Below, piece by piece: positions 23,339 to 29,295 of a stretch of 44,393 nucleotides of DNA (the stretch's first letter is position 1; every line of letters starts with the position of its first letter). Below the pieces are notes generated by a model. It was not told the origin of the DNA, did no database searches, and worked only from the letters and a program-made list of their open reading frames with translations. The position numbers and the translations under genes were made by a program. The DNA comes from a virus. The stretch covers positions 1 through 44,393 of the IMG/VR virus record IMGVR_UViG_3300032157_000019; one strand, written 5' to 3'.

Positions 23339-23757
23339 CCCGCCCCCGCAAGCACGAAACCAAAGCAGACATCGCCGCCACCTTGATCCTACAACACTGT
23401 AAGGATGGCGCCGGCTGCCCGATCGTCACGCGCGAGCAGGCCAAGGGCATGTCCGCCGATCAGATCATCCGCGAGTGGCGCAAGAGGGTAATCCGCCAGC
23501 ACGGCGCCGCGCACGCTACGGGTGGTTTGGACCACCCCGCAAATTACTGGTTCACACTGCGCGAAGTCGATGCAGTCGAAACACCGCGGGACATCTCTCG
23601 GATAGCCAAGGGAAAGCGCCTGGAGCGCAGACAAGCCGAATTCCGCCAGCTCTGCCTATCCAAGGCAGGCCAGGCCACAGAGATACCGCTGCCTGCCCGC
23701 AAGAAGCACCGCTGGCCGAAGCGCTCTTTCGCGCAACAACGAGGCGCCCGCCCATGA
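23335..23757 (+). CDS. Hypothetical protein, possibly a degenerate HNH (His-Me finger) nuclease
   Basis: QHGAAHATGGLDHPANYWFTLREVDAVETPRDISRIAKGKR loosely follows H..A.A.GG.....N......H..KT..D...IAK.KR, with the last His replaced. This is a weak call. TTG start. Confidence 0.4.
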   Translation: MTRPRKHETKADIAATLILQHCKDGAGCPIVTREQAKGMSADQIIREWRKRVIRQHGAAHATGGLDHPANYWFTLREVDAVETPRDISRIAKGKRLERRQAEFRQLCLSKAGQATEIPLPARKKHRWPKRSFAQQRGARP

Positions 23758-24053
23758 CCGGAACAGACATCCTGCTAGCCCTCATCATGGTCGGTGGCGG
23801 CCTGATGCTGCTGTCGATGGTCAGCATCACAATCCTTGAATGGCGTTACCTCCGCCAGCGCATTCGCGCAATGCGGGAGCGTCGCAAGGAGCGGGAACGC
23901 GGGTGGCGCAGGAAGGCCAGGCTCCGTGTGAGCGAGCGGGAAATCGAACGATACCTTGCCCGCCAGAAGGGCCGCCAGTTGCTCAGCGAAATGGACCATG
24001 CATCCGAGGCGCTGTGGCGGCGCGATGTTCTGCAGCCGGAGAGGGTGGCGTGA
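23754..24053 (+). CDS. Membrane protein (N-terminal TM, basic coiled-coil tail)
   Basis: The ATGA-coupled ATG 23754 gives MTGTDILLALIMVGGGLMLLSMVSITILEW.... Confidence 0.5.
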   Translation: MTGTDILLALIMVGGGLMLLSMVSITILEWRYLRQRIRAMRERRKERERGWRRKARLRVSEREIERYLARQKGRQLLSEMDHASEALWRRDVLQPERVA

Positions 24054-24226
24054 TCTTCCTGGCTATCGTGTTTGTCGGATTGGTGGTTACGCTGTGTGGG
24101 TCTGGTGCGAGCTGCGTGCGACATTGGCGGGCCAGGCGCGACGCAGCGCGGCTGATGGCCACGTTGCCGGCGCTAACAACGATCGCGATTTGGGATGGGC
24201 CACCAGACTCCATCCCATTCGACTAG
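24050..24226 (+). CDS. Small membrane protein (58 aa)
   Basis: The GTGA-coupled GTG 24050 follows GGAGAGGG. Translation: VIFLAIVFVGLVVTLCGSGASC.... Third-position GC is about 71%. Confidence 0.35.
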   Translation: MIFLAIVFVGLVVTLCGSGASCVRHWRARRDAARLMATLPALTTIAIWDGPPDSIPFD

Positions 24227-24239
24227 GCGGCGTTTCCGT

Positions 24240-24470
24240 TTATCCAGCGTTGAAGTTCGAAAGCACGATGCCGGGCGCTCCATGCTCCGATATCTGATCG
24301 CACGCTGAGCGTGTCGGGTCAGTCCACACATCGCGCCCTTCGTCGGCGGCAGCACAGGCCGCCAGTTCGCGAGCCATGGCCTCTGAATCCGCTCGGATCA
24401 CATGCCCATCGAAGCAGTCATAAATCGGGTCGCGCTTATCGATGTCGCGCCGGAGTAGGTAGAGCTTCAT
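24240..24470 (-). CDS. Hypothetical protein (inverted cassette, gene 3)
   Basis: 76-aa ORF MKLYLLRRDIDKRDPIYDCFDGHVIRADSEAMARELA.... It resembles a small conserved phage protein type, but no function is known to me. Confidence 0.55.
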   Translation of the reverse strand: MKLYLLRRDIDKRDPIYDCFDGHVIRADSEAMARELAACAAADEGRDVWTDPTRSACDQISEHGAPGIVLSNFNAG

Positions 24471-24479
24471 AGGCGGCCT

Positions 24480-24722
24480 TTATTGACTGGTGCCAACGCG
24501 CTTGGCGAAGCCATCGACTTCGGCACGCCAAGCGCCGTTATAGATCAGCCTACGGTATTCCAGATCGGTGCCGTAGGTCAGGCCGTCCTGCCACGCTCGA
24601 TGCAGGGACCAACCGCCCGTCACAATCCACCACGCTTCAAGCCATCGCTGATACCAGCGCGGGTGACCCCGCTTGTTGCGGTGAATGCGGAAGCGGCGCG
24701 GGTCTGGTTCGTTCGCCTGCAT
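24480..24722 (-). CDS. Hypothetical Trp-rich protein (inverted cassette, gene 2)
   Basis: 80-aa ORF containing RWYQRWLEAWWIVTGGWSLHRAWQDG. Codon bias is plausible. Confidence 0.5.
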   Translation of the reverse strand: MQANEPDPRRFRIHRNKRGHPRWYQRWLEAWWIVTGGWSLHRAWQDGLTYGTDLEYRRLIYNGAWRAEVDGFAKRVGTSQ

Positions 24723-24736
24723 CGTTGTGGCCTCTC

Positions 24737-24952
24737 CTACTGCATCCGGCCGCCAGCGCTATCGCGTCGCCCGTAGGCGTAGCCCTCGGCACCCTCGCGG
24801 GCATCGTCAGAGCAGGCGACAACGTAGACCAGAAGGCTGTGATCCTTGGCGGACAGGCGGCGCGCGTAGCGTCGAGCGGCAGCAAGATCGCCGCCAAAAT
24901 CGCGCTGTTGGCACTTGTCCTGATCGTCCTGATATTCGGCAAGGTAGTTCAT
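24737..24952 (-). CDS. Hypothetical protein (inverted cassette, gene 1)
   Basis: 71-aa ORF starting 35 nt downstream of a predicted leftward promoter. Confidence 0.5.
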   Translation of the reverse strand: MNYLAEYQDDQDKCQQRDFGGDLAAARRYARRLSAKDHSLLVYVVACSDDAREGAEGYAYGRRDSAGGRMQ

Positions 24953-24986
24953 GACGAGCCCCTAACTCTGCTTCTCCATTGCACGG

Positions 24987-25015
24987 AACATAACATCGTC
25001 TCTTGACATTGGCAA
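24987..25015 (-). promoter_or_regulatory. Predicted leftward promoter for the inverted cassette
   Basis: Read on the minus strand: TTGCCA (25015..25010), 17-nt spacer, TATGTT (24992..24987). Confidence 0.4.
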
Positions 25016-25031
25016 GCGCAAAGTGTAGATT
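25003..25031 (+). promoter_or_regulatory. Predicted rightward promoter (near-consensus)
   Basis: TTGACA (25003..25008), 17-nt spacer, TAGATT (25026..25031). It sits back-to-back with the leftward promoter. Confidence 0.55.
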
Positions 25032-25085
25032 TGTGATGACAATCGTTATAACAGGTGTACGCAGGTGCCGGAGCTTCGAAGCTAC

Positions 25086-25292
25086 ATGAAGGCGATAGAG
25101 ACATGGCTGCGAAAGACAGGGGTAACCGAGGCAAGGTTAGGGCTTCTGGCCTGCGCCAACCCCTACGCCATAGCAAGGATACGCAATGGGACCGCGCGCG
25201 TCGAAACGCTCAACGTCGTTCTGAGTTACATTCGCCACAACCCGCCGGCCCGGAGGAAGGGTTCAAAGAAGGCGGGTTCGTCTACATCATGA
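25086..25292 (+). CDS. Small HTH-like protein
   Basis: Translation: MKAIETWLRKTGVTEARLGLLACANPYAIARIRNGTARVETLNVVLSYIRHNP.... The track ORF starts at GTG 25065. Confidence 0.5.
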   Translation: MKAIETWLRKTGVTEARLGLLACANPYAIARIRNGTARVETLNVVLSYIRHNPPARRKGSKKAGSSTS

Positions 25293-25585
25293 GAGACGCG
25301 CTTGGGGCCATCAAAGTGGGTCACACCTACGACATGACCAAGCGGCTGTTCGACGTTCAGTATCTCGTGGCGCTGGCGAGGCGCCCGGTCATTCTTGTTC
25401 GTGCCGTTGAAGTTCCCCGCGTGGCCATGAAACGTGTTGAATATCGAACTTTCAGGCTCCTGCGGGATTGCCGGATATCACCGGTGGCAGAATGGTTCGA
25501 CACAACGGCGTCGGTGGCGTCGCGACGCTTGAACGAGGCAATCCGCCAGATATCCACGAAGTATCCGCGTATGATGAAGTGGTGA
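25289..25585 (+). CDS. T5orf172/MUG113 (GIY-YIG superfamily) domain protein; N-terminus probably extends upstream in this frame
   Basis: GGFVYIMRDALGAIKVGHTYDMTKRLFDVQ ... VAEWFD fits the T5orf172 pattern. The first canonical start (ATG 25289, ATGA-coupled) lies after the conserved GFVYI. Confidence 0.6.
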   Translation: MRDALGAIKVGHTYDMTKRLFDVQYLVALARRPVILVRAVEVPRVAMKRVEYRTFRLLRDCRISPVAEWFDTTASVASRRLNEAIRQISTKYPRMMKW

Positions 25586-25682
25586 GGAACACGTGCACGT
25601 GAAGTTCACGCGCTGGCGCGCTCACCGGATGTTCGGACCGCGCCAGATTGGCGAGAAGCAGACAGAACGATAGGAGGCCAGT

Positions 25683-26672
25683 GTGAGCACCCACAGCGTG
25701 AACATTGTCGAGATCGGAGAGGTGCTGCCGCACGCGAACGCGGAGCGCCTTGAGATCGTGCCGATTGATGGCTGGCAGGCGGTCGTCAAGAGGGGGCAAT
25801 TCAAGCGCGGCGATTACGCGGTCTATATTCAGCCGGACTACACAGTCCCGACGCGCCGTCCCGAGTTCGCGTTTCTGGCCAAGGAAGGCAAGGACCGCCA
25901 CCGTCTGAAGGCCGTGCGGCTCCGTGGCGTTCTGAGCTATGGGCTGCTGATCCCGCTTCCAGATGAGCTACGCGACCACGTCCGTGGCACCAACGTGATG
26001 GAGGAGCTAGGCGTCGAACGATACGAGCCGCCTATCACGAACTCTGGTGCCGACGACCTCCCGGCCGACCAATGGCCAGAAACCTATGCGTCGAAGTTCG
26101 ATGTGGAGAGCCTTCAGAACTACCCCGACGTGTTCCGGCCGAATGAGCCAGTCATAGTCACAGAGAAAATCCACGGGGCCAACGCCCGCTATCTGTTCGT
26201 CAACGACACGTTCTACATGGGTTCGCGCACGCGCTGGCTGAAGCCGGACGGCAACCACATCTGGCGACGTGCCGCCGACAAGACACCCGAGGTCATCGCA
26301 TTCTGCGAGGCGCACCCTGGCGTCGTACTCTATGGCGAGGTCTATGGCAGCGTCCAATCATTGAAGTACGGCGCGACGCCCGGTGAGGTTCGCTTCCGCG
26401 CGTTCGCAGCGCTCGACCGTGGGCGGTGGTGCGACATGGTTCCGCTGTACGGCTTGCTGGAGAGGCACAAGGTGCCGGTTGCGCCGAAGCTCTACGACGG
26501 CCCGTTCAGTATGGAAGTGGTCAAGGCGCTAGCTGAGAAGGACAGCACGCTGTGCGACGGACAGATGATGGAGGGCGTAGTGATCACGCCTGCATTTGAG
26601 CGTCGAGACGATGAGATCGGGCGCGTTGCGCTCAAGCACATCAGCGCGCGGTATTGGGAAAGTGCCGCGTGA
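25683..26672 (+). CDS. RNA ligase, DRB0094/Rnl5-like family
   Basis: N-terminal OB-like module VNIVEIGEVLPHANAERLEIVPIDGWQAVVKRGQFKRGDYAVYIQPD. Nucleotidyltransferase motifs TEKIHGAN (KxxG), LYGEVYG, EGVVITP and LKHISARY. The AGGAGG RBS precedes GTG 25683. Confidence 0.85.
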   Translation: MSTHSVNIVEIGEVLPHANAERLEIVPIDGWQAVVKRGQFKRGDYAVYIQPDYTVPTRRPEFAFLAKEGKDRHRLKAVRLRGVLSYGLLIPLPDELRDHVRGTNVMEELGVERYEPPITNSGADDLPADQWPETYASKFDVESLQNYPDVFRPNEPVIVTEKIHGANARYLFVNDTFYMGSRTRWLKPDGNHIWRRAADKTPEVIAFCEAHPGVVLYGEVYGSVQSLKYGATPGEVRFRAFAALDRGRWCDMVPLYGLLERHKVPVAPKLYDGPFSMEVVKALAEKDSTLCDGQMMEGVVITPAFERRDDEIGRVALKHISARYWESAA

Positions 26673-26709
26673 TTTGTGGAATAGGGACCATACAAGGAAG
26701 GAGAGCAGA

Positions 26710-27012
26710 ATGATCACGACCACGAAGCCGACGATCTGCCACTGCCAGCCAGGTAAGTGCTCGGCACCCAAGCCGGAGTGGTGCATCGGTCGCCGCTATG
26801 CTGATGGACATCGGGAGCCAGACCCGCAGGCTGCGCGCATTGCAGAACTGGAAGCCCGGCTGCGCCCCGGTGTCAGCACCATCCTGAACGAGCTGATCGC
26901 CGCCGACTTCGCTCACGTTAACCCGGTGACGGGTGAGATCACGCTGACCCTCCACGGGCAAGTCTTGGTCGATCGTGCGAAGGCGGATTTGTGCAATTCA
27001 ACCCCTAACTGA
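26710..27012 (+). CDS. Hypothetical protein
   Basis: ATG 26710 follows AAGGAAGGAGAG. Translation begins MITTTKPTICHCQPGKCSAPKPEWC.... Confidence 0.5.
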   Translation: MITTTKPTICHCQPGKCSAPKPEWCIGRRYADGHREPDPQAARIAELEARLRPGVSTILNELIAADFAHVNPVTGEITLTLHGQVLVDRAKADLCNSTPN

Positions 27013-27015
27013 CGA

Positions 27016-27237
27016 GTGTTTGAAATGGCAGCGCGGGAAGGCGATTGGGTTGGGCAGGCTGCAGACGCCATGGCCGATCTGAATTGTTTCGCGGCCATTG
27101 TCGCGCTGCTTGAGAGCGGACTGAACCACGCTCCGACGCACAAGACCGCCGAGCGCATCATCGCGCTCGCAAGGGAAGAACAACAGCGTTGCCTGCGGCG
27201 GCTCGATGCCGCCAAGGCCCGCGCCAACCGCAAGTGA
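27016..27237 (+). CDS. Hypothetical protein
   Basis: 73-aa ORF starting at GTG 27016 or ATG 27025. Helical. Confidence 0.5.
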   Translation: MFEMAAREGDWVGQAADAMADLNCFAAIVALLESGLNHAPTHKTAERIIALAREEQQRCLRRLDAAKARANRK

Positions 27238-27254
27238 AGGAGCCATTACAACCC

Positions 27255-27440
27255 ATGCCCCGCTACATCCAACGCATGGACGGAGAATGGGTGCACTGGT
27301 CACGCAGGGGACACCTGATCGCATGTTGCTCATGCGGACTTGTGCATCTCATGAAACCCCGCGTTCGCAAGGGCAAGGTCGAGATACAGGCAACGCGCAT
27401 GCCCAGGAATACGGCGGGGCGGAGGAGGAGGAGGAAGTAG
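27255..27440 (+). CDS. Hypothetical small basic protein
   Basis: ATG 27255 follows AAGGAG. Translation: MPRYIQRMDGEWVHWSRRGHLIACCSCGLVHL.... Confidence 0.45.
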   Translation: MPRYIQRMDGEWVHWSRRGHLIACCSCGLVHLMKPRVRKGKVEIQATRMPRNTAGRRRRRK

Positions 27441-27441
27441 G

Positions 27442-27639
27442 ATGAGCACACACAGCAAGCGATTGCGGGCGATGCTGAATAGCCCGCACCCGGACACGCT
27501 GGCGCGGGACTGCATGTATCACGTTTTGCGTGGCAAGCGGCTGGAGGCAGAGCTACGCCAGACGCGACTACAGTTCTGGGTTGCGATGGTCGCGGTGGGG
27601 TTTCTGGTGGGCCATATAGCGCACCGGCTGTATCATTAG
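27442..27639 (+). CDS. Small protein with C-terminal TM segment
   Basis: 65-aa ORF with the hydrophobic tail FWVAMVAVGFLVGHIAHRLY. Confidence 0.5.
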   Translation: MSTHSKRLRAMLNSPHPDTLARDCMYHVLRGKRLEAELRQTRLQFWVAMVAVGFLVGHIAHRLYH

Positions 27640-27640
27640 A

Positions 27641-27658
27641 CCTCGCCCCACGGCGAGG
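27641..27658 (+). terminator. Short GC stem-loop after the 27442..27639 gene (weak terminator candidate)
   Basis: CCTCGCC-ccac-GGCGAGG, a 7-bp stem lying 1 nt after the stop. No U-tract. Confidence 0.3.
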
Positions 27659-27734
27659 AGACACATGCGAGTCTGGTGCGTCTCATATAAATAGAAAACC
27701 ATTGTGATGCGTCTCACAAAGACGGAAAGGCTAG

Positions 27735-28295
27735 ATGGGACTCATAATCGGCTACGCCAGGACATCCACCGTTGACCAGGTGGCTGGCTTCGACGCACAG
27801 GTTCGTGACCTCACCAACGCGGGGTGCACGAAGATATTCTCGGAGCAGGTCAGCTCGCGCGACGACCGACCGGAGATGGAGAAGGCACTCGCCTATCTCC
27901 GGGACGACGACGTTTTGGTTGTGACCAAGATCGATCGCCTCGCTAGATCGATGCGTGATCTAGTTTCGATCGTGGACAGGATCGCCGGGGTCAAGGCGTC
28001 GCTGCGAATTCTGGCCATCGGCCTCGATACCAACACGTCTACGGGGCGACTGATCCTGAACGTGTTCGGCTCGCTGGCAGAGTGGGAGCGAGACCAAATG
28101 CTTGAGCGGCAACGCGAAGGTATCGCCAAGGCAAAGGTTGAGGGGAAATACAAGGGCCGCAAACCCAGCGTCCCAGCTGACAGGGTTCACGCCCTTCACA
28201 AGAGCGGGATGGGTCCCGCTGCCATTGCCAGAGAGCTGAAGGTGGGGCGGGCGTCTGTGTATCGCGCAATCGCCGCGCGGCGCACCCTCTCATGA
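27735..28295 (+). CDS. Small serine recombinase (resolvase/invertase family)
   Basis: 186 aa. N-terminal catalytic motif IIGYARTSTVDQ. Also VVTKIDRLARS and GRLILNVFGSLAEWERDQMLERQREGIA. The C-terminal HTH is GPAAIARELKVGRASVYRAI. Confidence 0.95.
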   Translation: MGLIIGYARTSTVDQVAGFDAQVRDLTNAGCTKIFSEQVSSRDDRPEMEKALAYLRDDDVLVVTKIDRLARSMRDLVSIVDRIAGVKASLRILAIGLDTNTSTGRLILNVFGSLAEWERDQMLERQREGIAKAKVEGKYKGRKPSVPADRVHALHKSGMGPAAIARELKVGRASVYRAIAARRTLS

Positions 28296-28345
28296 TCGCC
28301 AAGGAATGGGGCGTGAGTCATACAACTATTGCGAGGGCGAGATGA
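28295..28345 (+). repeat. R1a: 51-bp left cassette flank
   Basis: atcgccaaggaatggggcgtgagtcatacaactattgcgagggcgagatga. It matches 28692..28742 at 50 of 51 positions. It begins at the last base of the recombinase stop codon and ends in the ATGA of the cargo start. Confidence 0.9.
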
Positions 28346-28572
28346 GCGGATGGCAGTCCATCGAAACCGTGCCGCGGGATGGGAGCGAGGTTTTGCTCGG
28401 CTTTGCCGGCACCGCCAACATGGATTTCTACCGCTGGTATGGCGAGAATGCCTGCGACCCCACCCTGATCCGCGACATTGAGATTGACGGCTGGGTTGAT
28501 CGGGCGTCCGACCCTCCGCATACCCGCCCCACGCACTGGATGCGTATCGGGCCTCCACATTCCTGTGGATGA
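28342..28572 (+). CDS. DUF551-like protein (cassette A cargo)
   Basis: MSGWQSIETVPRDGSEVLL...THWMRIGPP fits DUF551. The track ORF starts 36 nt upstream (28306) inside R1, which would add MGRESYNYCEGE. Confidence 0.55.
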   Translation: MSGWQSIETVPRDGSEVLLGFAGTANMDFYRWYGENACDPTLIRDIEIDGWVDRASDPPHTRPTHWMRIGPPHSCG

Positions 28573-28644
28573 CGGGTTGCGCAGCCCGCTGATGTTCAGT
28601 TGTATGCACGTATGGATGCGGTCTTAGCATGTACAATGTGGGAC
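28559..28644 (+). repeat. R2a: 86-bp right cassette flank
   Basis: attcctgtggatgacgggttgcgcagcccgctgatgttcagttgtatgcacgtatggatgcggtcttagcatgtacaatgtgggac. It matches 28918..29002 with 1 mismatch and a 1-nt indel. Confidence 0.9.
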
Positions 28645-28691
28645 CGCCCTTGAGTCGATGGAGAGCGTGGCCTGAAATGACCACACGCTTC

Positions 28692-28742
28692 ATCGCCAAG
28701 GAATGGGGCGTGAGTCATGCAACTATTGCGAGGGCGAGATGA
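28692..28742 (+). repeat. R1b: second copy of the left cassette flank
   Basis: Direct repeat of 28295..28345, with an A to G difference at 28719. Confidence 0.9.
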
Positions 28743-28918
28743 CCGACGTAGAGCTTGCAGCCGCGCTGGCCGCCGAATGCGAGGCGTGCGCCAAGATCGT
28801 TGAGTTGGACGCCGGCCATGGCCGTATGTTCGAGAGCCAGGTGGACAAGGAGACCCACATCCGAGCGCTGGCCCAAATCGCACAGGCCATTCGTGACCGC
28901 GGCAAGTCCGCTCGCTAA
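28739..28918 (+). CDS. Small acidic helical protein (cassette B cargo)
   Basis: Translation: MTDVELAAALAAECEACAKIVELDAGHGRMFESQVDKETHIRALAQIAQAIRDRGKSAR. The track ORF starts at 28703 inside R1, which would add MGRESCNYCEGE. Confidence 0.45.
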   Translation: MTDVELAAALAAECEACAKIVELDAGHGRMFESQVDKETHIRALAQIAQAIRDRGKSAR

Positions 28919-29002
28919 TTCCTGTGGATGACGGGTTGCGCAGCCCGCTGATGTTCAGTTGTATGCAGTATGGATTCGGTCTTAGCATGTACAATGTGGG
29001 AC
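28918..29002 (+). repeat. R2b: second copy of the right cassette flank
   Basis: Direct repeat of 28559..28644. It starts at the last base of the cargo B stop codon. Confidence 0.9.
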
Positions 29003-29095
29003 GGCGGCCTGATCGGGCTTATTGGCCTCGTGACCGGGTACTTTCTGCGCGCGGTATTCGATAAATTACGGGCGCATCGCCCATTGCGGAGGTAG
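28970..29095 (+). CDS. Small TM peptide (41 aa) initiating inside R2b
   Basis: Translation: MDSVLACTMWDGGLIGLIGLVTGYFLRAVFDKLRAHRPLRR. Third-position GC is about 70%. The equivalent ORF in R2a stops after 13 codons. No clear RBS. Confidence 0.3.
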   Translation: MDSVLACTMWDGGLIGLIGLVTGYFLRAVFDKLRAHRPLRR

Positions 29096-29097
29096 TC

Positions 29098-29295
29098 ATG
29101 CGAGATACAGCGGCCGACGAACCCAACGACCTGCTGGAGCTTGCCGCGGCAGCCCATGAGCTAGCCGGCGAGATGGATGCTCACACAGAAGTTGAGCACA
29201 GTGGCTCGGCTGCTGACCTGGCTACGGCGGTTGCGGCGCTGGATGAGCTGGCGGCGAGCGTGGCGAGGCTCAGGCAGCAGCTAGCCGGATCGTGA
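29098..29295 (+). CDS. Hypothetical acidic protein
   Basis: 65-aa ORF with a GGAGG RBS 5 nt upstream. Its 3' end overlaps, convergently, the end of the tailspike-like gene. Confidence 0.5.
   Translation: MRDTAADEPNDLLELAAAAHELAGEMDAHTEVEHSGSAADLATAVAALDELAASVARLRQQLAGS

Noticed and set aside
25055-25288. N-terminal 78 codons of track ORF 25055..25585 as genuine coding sequence
   Set aside because: This stretch (MYAGAGASKLHEGDRDMAAKDRGNRGKVRASGLRQ...) is Arg-rich with poor third-position GC. The overlapping frame encodes a plausible HTH protein. Only the last ~12 codons before 25289 look coding; see the frameshift finding.
28196-28994. Minus-strand track ORFs 28196..28699 and 28596..28994 spanning the repeats
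   Set aside because: Their sequences are Arg/Pro/His-rich and off-frame-like. They overlap better-supported plus-strand ORFs. Their shared peptide (HTTEHQRAAQPVIHRN) simply reflects translation of the R2 repeat.
28295-29002. R1/R2 repeats as a CRISPR array or as an invertible (Gin/Hin-type) segment
   Set aside because: There are only two copies of each of two different repeats, 51 bp and 85 bp long, and the units between them contain protein-coding ORFs. All copies are in direct orientation. I found no inverted copy of TTCCTGTGGATG elsewhere, including in the tail genes. The resemblance of TTCCTGT to a gix half-site has no matching dyad half.
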